A stretch of 64,000 nt of DNA from contig CAVYZL010000002.1 in the NCBI GenBank assembly GCA_963773055.1, positions 76,221 through 140,220 of the forward strand, written 5' to 3'. Made by a program: the position numbers and the translations under genes. The DNA is from an uncultured Actinomycetes bacterium (GTDB lineage: Bacteria; Actinomycetota; Thermoleophilia; Gaiellales; Gaiellaceae). Positions 58,662 to 64,000 of this stretch are shown here, piece after piece. Positions within the stretch are counted from its first letter, which is position 1. The number at the start of each line of letters is the position of its first letter. The notes below the pieces were generated by a model, which ran no database searches, had not been told where the DNA came from, and saw only the letters and a list, made by a program, of their open reading frames with translations.

Positions 58662-59812
58662 TCAAGACCACGCGGACGCATCCGTGCGCAGCGCTTCTCG
58701 GTAGACACCGGCAAGTTGAACCGCAACAACGCGGGCGTCGTGAAGTTCCTCGATGCGGTGGCGCGCACGCTGAGCTCTGACCGTGTACTCGTCGTCGGAG
58801 ATCGATGCGACCTCGACCAATGCTTGCGCGAGCGCGTCGACGTCTTCCTCGGGTACGAGCAAGCCGGGATCGGCGACGACCGACGGGATGTCCGCGTGCT
58901 CAGTGGTCACAACGGGAATCCCCATCGCTTGCATCTCGAGGAGCACGGTGGGACCCCGCCCTCCGTGTCGCCGCTCGCCGCCGTCCGGCTTGGCTGAATG
59001 CAAACGTGCGCTTGACGGGCGATAGCGCGATATTCGTCGTGGGAGATTAACCCGAGGAACTTGACCGAGGAAGCGACCCCGAGATCCGCCGCGAGCGACT
59101 CGAGATCAGTGCGGAGCGGTCCGTCTCCGACGAGCCACAACTCTGCGCTACCGAGCGACCGCCGAGCAACGGCAAGTGCACGGATAGAGAGGTCGATGCC
59201 CTTCTTTTCGACAAACCGCGCTGCCTGAAGAATCACGAATCGATCGGTTCGACGGGAGACCGCGAACGGAAACTGGTCCAGATCGATACCGATCCTGACG
59301 ACCCGAATCTGCCCGCTCGGACAGCCCACGGACTCCAGGTGTCTTTCCATGGCAGGTCCCTCGCACACGAACAGTCGTCCCAATCGAAACAGCGACGCGT
59401 ATGACCTGCCGAGAGAGTTCGACAGATCATGGCCGTAGAACGTCGTGATCAGCGGGATCCCGAGCCGCCGAGCGGCAACGATGCTCGCCGCGCCAAGCCA
59501 GCCAAAGTGGGCGTGCAGGGCGACACAGTGTGATTCGTCGGCTCGGCGCGCTAGCCGGTATTCGAACGAGCTGGGGTATCGATGAGCGACGGACTGAGCG
59601 CGTCGCAGGACACGGCGATACAAACGGGCTCGCGGTACGAGCTCAAAGAGCGGGTCAAACGGGAACTCCTCGATGTTGATCGTCGACCCGGCGAGCACCA
59701 CGGGCTTGAACGCCGTCTGAAAGCGGAGTGACGTGTAGATGAACGTCGCAGAACGGTGAAGGTAAGGATCGATGACATGACCAATCGCGTCCACGTTGTC
59801 GCGGTGCTTCAC
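58662..59812 (-). CDS. Family 4 (GT-B) glycosyltransferase, one frameshift near 58960
   Basis: HAHFGWLGAAS, ARFVEKKGIDL, GDGPLRTDL, then GGPTVLLEMQAMGIPVVTTEHADIPSVV in the next frame. The GTG start overlaps the upstream stop. Confidence 0.75.
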
Positions 59813-60140
59813 GATCCGAGTCTGGCCGCCGGGCGAGCTATCTCGCGAGCGGTCGTGGGTGCGTGGACGGTCTGAGCGACAGCGAACACGCTACAGATGA
59901 GCGAGCCGGCGAGTAGGTAGCCGCCGATGATGTCGGAAGGCGTATGGATCGTGTAGAGCTCGGTGACGATGCCGACGACGATCACCCAGGCGACGAGAAA
60001 GGGCGTCGCGCGCGGCCAGCACGGAGATGGCCAACTGGAAGCGCCAGTGGCCGGTGCTGCCCACCTTCTTCTACGGCGGCATGCGATACGGGCAGATCGA
60101 GCGGCCGAATTCGGCCGGCGTTCCGGGCTAGCCAGGTCGA
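59809..60140 (-). pseudogene. PAP2-family phosphatase remnant (about 110 aa, frameshifted, N-terminus apparently missing)
   Basis: ERRPN (C1-like), GSTGHW (PSGH-like) and ELYTIHTPSDIIGGYLLAG (SRxxxxxHxxxD-like) lie in different frames. The stop overlaps the GT4 GTG start (GTGA). Confidence 0.35.
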
Positions 60141-60141
60141 A

Positions 60142-61662
60142 TCAGCGAAAGAAGGCGATGTAGAAGCCCTCGTGGTTTTCGGCCCCTGACGTGGGACCTT
60201 TCAGCTGCCTATATGGCGGTTCAAAGGTCCCACGTCCGCTGCTGAGGCGGCGGCGCGGCGCAATGCCGGCGCGGCGCGGTAGCGCTCCTCGCCCAGCTCG
60301 GAGCGCAGGGCGTCGAGGATCGCCAGCACCCTGGGAGCCCCGATCGCCTCGCACCACTCGAACGGCCCGCGCGGGTAGTTGAAGCCGAGCCGCATCGCGG
60401 TGTCGATGTCCCCGGCGCTCGCCACCCCGGCCCCGAGGGCGAAGTGGGCTTCGTTGGACGAGCTGGGTCGACGATTCGCCCCAGGACCAGGCCCGGCGCG
60501 TCCCCGACCTCACTCGACGTGCCTTCCGAAGCGAGGCGAAGTGGGCCTCGGCGGCATCGGCGCTCGCGGCGCTCGTCGCCTCGGCGCGAGTCAGCTCGAC
60601 CAGCCGCGCCGATTCGAGGTCGGGGAGCGCCATGAAGCCGACCGCATCCTCGCCCGGGGCGAGTGAGTTGAGGCTGCCGTGCTCGAGCTGCACCGCCCGG
60701 AAGCGGTCCGCGGCGATCTCCCCGGCGCTGAGGTCGAGCCCGGATCCGGCCTCAGCCGTGGCCTCCGGGCGGGGAGGGTCCTCGGGCCGGTGCCGGTCGG
60801 CGGAATAGTCGTAGTAGCCGCGACCCGTCTTGCGTCCGAGCCGCCCCGCCTGGGACCATCCGTGCCTGGATCATGCTCGGCCGCCAGCGCGGCTCGTGGA
60901 AGCTCTGCTCCCAGAACGACTTCGTGACCTCGAAGCCGACGTCGATTCCGACCAGGTCCATCAGCTCGAAGGGGCCCATCCGGAAGCGCCCGGCCATGCG
61001 CACGATCCGGTCGATCTCCTCGTGGTCGCAACCCGCTCGCCCAGCAGCTTCAGCGACTCCATCCCGAACGGACGCGCGCAGCGGTTGGCGAGGAAGCCGG
61101 GGCCGTCCTGCGCGACGATCACGCGCTTGCCCATCTGGCGCCCGGCATCCTTCGCCAATTCGATTGCCTCGGGCGCCGACTCGTTTCCGGCGACCACCTC
61201 CAGCAGGTCCATCAGGACGGCGGGTTGAAGAAGTGCATGCCGACGACCTGCCCGGGTAGCGTGGCCGCGGTCGCAAGGGCCGTCACCGGCAGGGAAGAGG
61301 TGTTGGTCGCCAGCACGGTCTCGGGACCACAGACCTCCGAGAGCTTTGCGAACAGCTCCCGCTTGATCTCCAGGCTCTCCGGGGCGGCCTCGATCACGAG
61401 GTCGCAGCCGGCCATCTCCTCGAGCTTGCCCACCTGGAGCGCTCTCCTTCGCCGCGGCTCGGCCTCCGTCGTCGCTCCGGCCCCGCTCGCCGCCCTTGTC
61501 GAGCCCGGCTGACGCGCGGCGGCCCCGCGCGAGCCAGCGCGTCCGGGCGGGGTCGTACAGCCGTGTCTCGAAGCCGGCCATGCAACAGACCTGAGCGATG
61601 CCCGCGCCCATCGTTCCGGCGCCGCTGACGACCGGCGATCCGCTCGCCCGTCGACGCGCCAT
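60142..61662 (-). pseudogene. 3-hydroxyacyl-CoA dehydrogenase with duplicated C-terminal domain, many frameshifts
   Basis: Pieces in order: VVSGAGTMGAGIAQV, DLVIEAAPESLEIKRELF..TNTSSLPV, GMHFFNP, LLEVVAGNESAPEAIE, DGPGFLANR, RMGPFELMDLVGIDV, then a second DIDTAMRLGFNYPRGPFEWCEAIG. Confidence 0.7.
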
Positions 61663-62435
61663 CAGCGCCCCCGGAATCGGGCCGGCGCTTGTCGAGGAAC
61701 GCGCGCATGCCCTCGACGCGGTCGTCGGTCGCCATCGCGAGCTCGAAGAGCCGCCGCTCGTTCGCCAGCCCGGCTGTGAGCGATGTCTCCTCGGCCGCCA
61801 GCACCGCCTGCTTGGCGAGCTTCACCGCCAGCGGCGGGCGCCGGGCGATCACGCGCGCGAGCTCCATGGCGTCCTCGAGCCATTCGCGCTTGCGGCGACA
61901 CCTTGTTCACGAAGCCGAATCGCACCGCCTCCTTGGCGTCGATGCGCCGGCCGGTCAGGACGAGCTCCATGGCGCGCTGCTTGCCGATCACGCGTGCGAG
62001 GCGCTGCGTGCCGCCGCCGCCGGGGATGATCCCGAGCGTGATCTCCGGCTGCCCGAACTCGGCGGTCTCGGAGGCGACGATCATGTCGCACATCAGGGCC
62101 AGCTCGCAGCCGCCGCCGAGGGCGAATCCGGACACCGCGGCGATCATCGGCGTGCGGCAGGCTGCGAGCCGGTTCCAGAACGCGACCGTCGAGGACTCCA
62201 GCACGTCCTGGAACGAGCGCTCCGACATCGCCTTGATGTCGGCGCCGGCGGCGAACACCTCGGTGCTGCCGGCAATCACGATGCAGTGACCTCGGGGTCG
62301 CCGTCGAGCTCCTCGACCGCGTCGGCCAGCTCGCCCATCACCTCCGGCGACAGCGCATTGCGGCGCTCCGGCCGGTCGAGCGTGACGATCCCGACCGCCT
62401 CCTCGGATCTCGACCATCTGCGCGACGTGCTCCAC
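61662..62435 (-). CDS. Enoyl-CoA hydratase (crotonase family), frameshifts near both ends
   Basis: [14 protein letters not shown] (alternative frame), [29 protein letters not shown] and [20 protein letters not shown]. Confidence 0.75.
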   Translation of the reverse strand: MEHVAQMVEIRGGGRDRHARPAGAPQCAVAGGDGRAGRRGRGARRRPRGHCIVIAGSTEVFAAGADIKAMSERSFQDVLESSTVAFWNRLAACRTPMIAAVSGFALGGGCELALMCDMIVASETAEFGQPEITLGIIPGGGGTQRLARVIGKQRAMELVLTGRRIDAKEAVRFGFVNKVSPQARMARGRHGARARDRPAPAAGGEARQAGGAGGRGDIAHSRAGERAAALRARDGDRRPRRGHARVPRQAPARFRGR

Positions 62436-62443
62436 CGGCCGGT

Positions 62444-63619
62444 CTACTTCGGGATCAGCGCGTTGATGCCGGTCGCGTCGCGGCCGATGATCAGCTTCTG
62501 GATCTGCGAGGTCCCCTCGTAAAGCGTCGTGACACGCGCGTCGCGCATGTAGCGCTCGACCGGGTACTCGTCGACGTAGCCGTAGCCGCCGTGGACCTGG
62601 ATCGCCGGGTTCGCGCAGCGCACCGCGGCTTCGGTCGCGTAGAACTTGGCGATCGACGTCTCGGGGGTGTTCGGCCGCTTGCGGTCCTTGAGGTGGCCGG
62701 CGCGCCAGACGAGCAGCCGGGCCGCGTCGGTGTCGACGAGCATGTCCGCGATCAGCTCCTGCACGAGCTGGAAGCTCGCGACCGGGCGGTCGAACTGACG
62801 GCGCTCCTTCGAGTAGGAGACCGACGCGTTGACGCAGCCCTGGCAGATCCCGACGCAGCCGGCGGCGACGCTGTAGCGGCCCCGGTCGAGCGCCGACATC
62901 GCGATCTTGAATCCGTCGCCGATGTCGCCGAGCATCTCGTCACCGGACACCTCGACCTCGTCGAGCGCCAGTTCCGCCGTGTCCGAGGCGCGCAGGCCGA
63001 GCTTGCCGTGGATCTCCTGGGCCGAGAACCCGGGGCGGTCGGTCGGGACGAGGAAGCAGGCGAGCCCGCGGTGCTTCTTCTCCGGGTCGGTCTGGGCGAA
63101 GATCATCGCCACCTTGGCGTGGTTGCCGAGGGAGATGAACATCTTCGAGCCGGAGATCTTCCAGCCGCCGTTGACCCGCGTCGCGCGCGTCGCGACAGGT
63201 AGGCGGCGTCCGAGCCGGTGCCGGGCTCGGTGAGCCCGAAGCAGCCGACGCCTCGCCCGAGCAGAGCTTGGGCAGGAGCGCGCGCTTCTGCTCCTCGGTT
63301 CCCCAGTGCTCGATCGAGCCGCGACCAGTGACGTCTGGACGGACACCACCGTGCGGGCCGAGGAGTCGCCGCGCCCGATCTCCTCGACGATCAGCCCGTA
63401 GCTGACGTAGTCGAGGCTGCGGCCGCCGTACTCCTCGGCAACCGGCGCGCCGAGGTAGCCCATGTCGGCGATCTTCTTGACCAGCTCGAGGTCGAAGCGC
63501 TCGGCGCGGTCGTTGTCGCGCGCTCTGGGGATGATCTCGCGGTCGGCGAAGTCCCGCGCGGTCTCGCGGATCAGCTGCTGCTCGTCGGTGAGGTCGAAGT
63601 CGAACAGCCGCTTGGCTAT
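62444..63619 (-). CDS. Acyl-CoA dehydrogenase, compensating frameshifts about 63180-63330; start codon unresolved
   Basis: [65 protein letters not shown] and [14 protein letters not shown]. The frame opens after TAG at 63620-63622 with no canonical start codon. Confidence 0.8.
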   Translation of the reverse strand: MAKRLFDFDLTDEQQLIRETARDFADREIIPRARDNDRAERFDLELVKKIADMGYLGAPVAEEYGGRSLDYVSYGLIVEEIGRGDSSARTVVSVQTSLVAARSSTGEPRSRSARSCPSSARARRRLLRAHRARHRLGRRLPVATRATRVNGGWKISGSKMFISLGNHAKVAMIFAQTDPEKKHRGLACFLVPTDRPGFSAQEIHGKLGLRASDTAELALDEVEVSGDEMLGDIGDGFKIAMSALDRGRYSVAAGCVGICQGCVNASVSYSKERRQFDRPVASFQLVQELIADMLVDTDAARLLVWRAGHLKDRKRPNTPETSIAKFYATEAAVRCANPAIQVHGGYGYVDEYPVERYMRDARVTTLYEGTSQIQKLIIGRDATGINALIPK

Positions 63620-63656
63620 CTACGGGCGCGGGCGGCGAAGCCCGAGCGCTCGAGAT

Positions 63657-64000
63657 TCAGCTCTCGAGCTGTCGCTCAGGACCGCGCCGAGGCCGTGGCG
63701 CCGCCCTCGGTGCGGGGCCGGGGACAGCGGAACGCGGCGCCCGTCGACGCCGAGACCGGCTGGACCTCGCGCACGGTGGAGGCGAGGAAGGCCTCCTGGG
63801 CGCCCCGCAGGTCGTCGAGCTGGAAGGTGCCTTCGTCACGTGCAGCGCCTCGATCAGCCGCTCGCGCGTGATCGAGCGAGCACGCCGGCGTCGCAGCGCC
63901 GGGGTGCGCAGGCCCGTCCCGGCCGAGACCCAGAAGATGGTGGAGGTCGGCGCCTCGAGCACCGTGCCGTCTGGGTGTGATCAGCACCGCCTCGTCGGCG
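63657..64000 (-). CDS. Class IV aminotransferase (BCAT / aminodeoxychorismate lyase-like), 3' part only, frameshifted
   Basis: LEAPTSTIFWVSAGTGLRTPAL, SITRERLIEAL and QLDDLRGAQEAFLASTVREVQPV lie across frames. Runs off the window. Confidence 0.5.

Noticed and set aside
1-64000. CRISPR arrays, IS elements/transposases, rRNA genes and toxin-antitoxin pairs
   Set aside because: None were seen. There are no regularly spaced short repeats, no transposase or integrase-like translations in any frame of the ORF track, and no rRNA-like segments. Only one tRNA was found.

Overview
This is a very high-GC segment (about 70-75% by eye) that looks like a chromosome of an actinobacterial-type organism; lineage is inference only. 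I call about 70 genes and one tRNA.

Main blocks:
1. 1.3-4.2 kb: a translationally coupled module of a Gfo/Idh/MocA oxidoreductase, a GT-A-like protein and a GT2. A CHASE2 class III cyclase follows it.
2. 6-20 kb: mixed housekeeping and accessory genes. These include a Kelch protein, pepE, an asparaginase II-GrpB fusion, an MFS transporter, fpg/nei, folE2, clpS, plsY, SOD, an ECF sigma/anti-sigma pair, thyX, an AlkZ/YcaQ-like protein and an S9 peptidase.
3. 20.6-28.1 kb: a complete minus-strand hopanoid operon, hpnC-hpnD-hpnE-shc-hpnH-hpnG-ispH-yjbQ.
4. 30.5-33.8 kb: a zinc-ribbon/class III cyclase/ATPase/TPR regulator.
5. 34.4-41.0 kb: a second, diverged copy of the oxidoreductase/GT-A-like/GT2 module. 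It is expanded with a second GT-A-like paralog, a GT4 and a GT-C membrane transferase.
6. 41.0-45.0 kb: a visibly lower-GC block with two methyltransferases, an MBL hydrolase and an orphan secreted Cys-rich protein. It abuts the 3' end of tRNA-Thr(CGU).
7. 45.1-47.2 kb: phosphatase-holB-tmk.
8. 47.2-55.2 kb: an NDP-sugar modification cluster with a class III aminotransferase, a two-module Cys protein, a C-methyltransferase, rfbF, PIG-L, a cupin, a COG4310 protein and an SDR.
9. 55.3-59.9 kb: a lower-GC block with a sigma factor, an atypical response regulator, a DegT aminotransferase, a GT4 and a PAP2 remnant.
10. 60.1-64 kb: beta-oxidation genes.

Major caveat: many conserved genes, including essential tmk and thyX, are broken by clustered single-base indels, mostly +1. 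Many coordinates are therefore stitched across frames and approximate. I saw no CRISPR array, IS element, integrase or recognisable defence system.

The most unusual items are:
- the duplicated glycosyl module with ExH-variant GT-A paralogs
- the sugar cluster with an internally duplicated Cys-rich protein
- the regulators carrying Glu at the phospho-acceptor position
- the asparaginase II-GrpB fusion

All family names are recalled from motifs read by eye. No searches were run.
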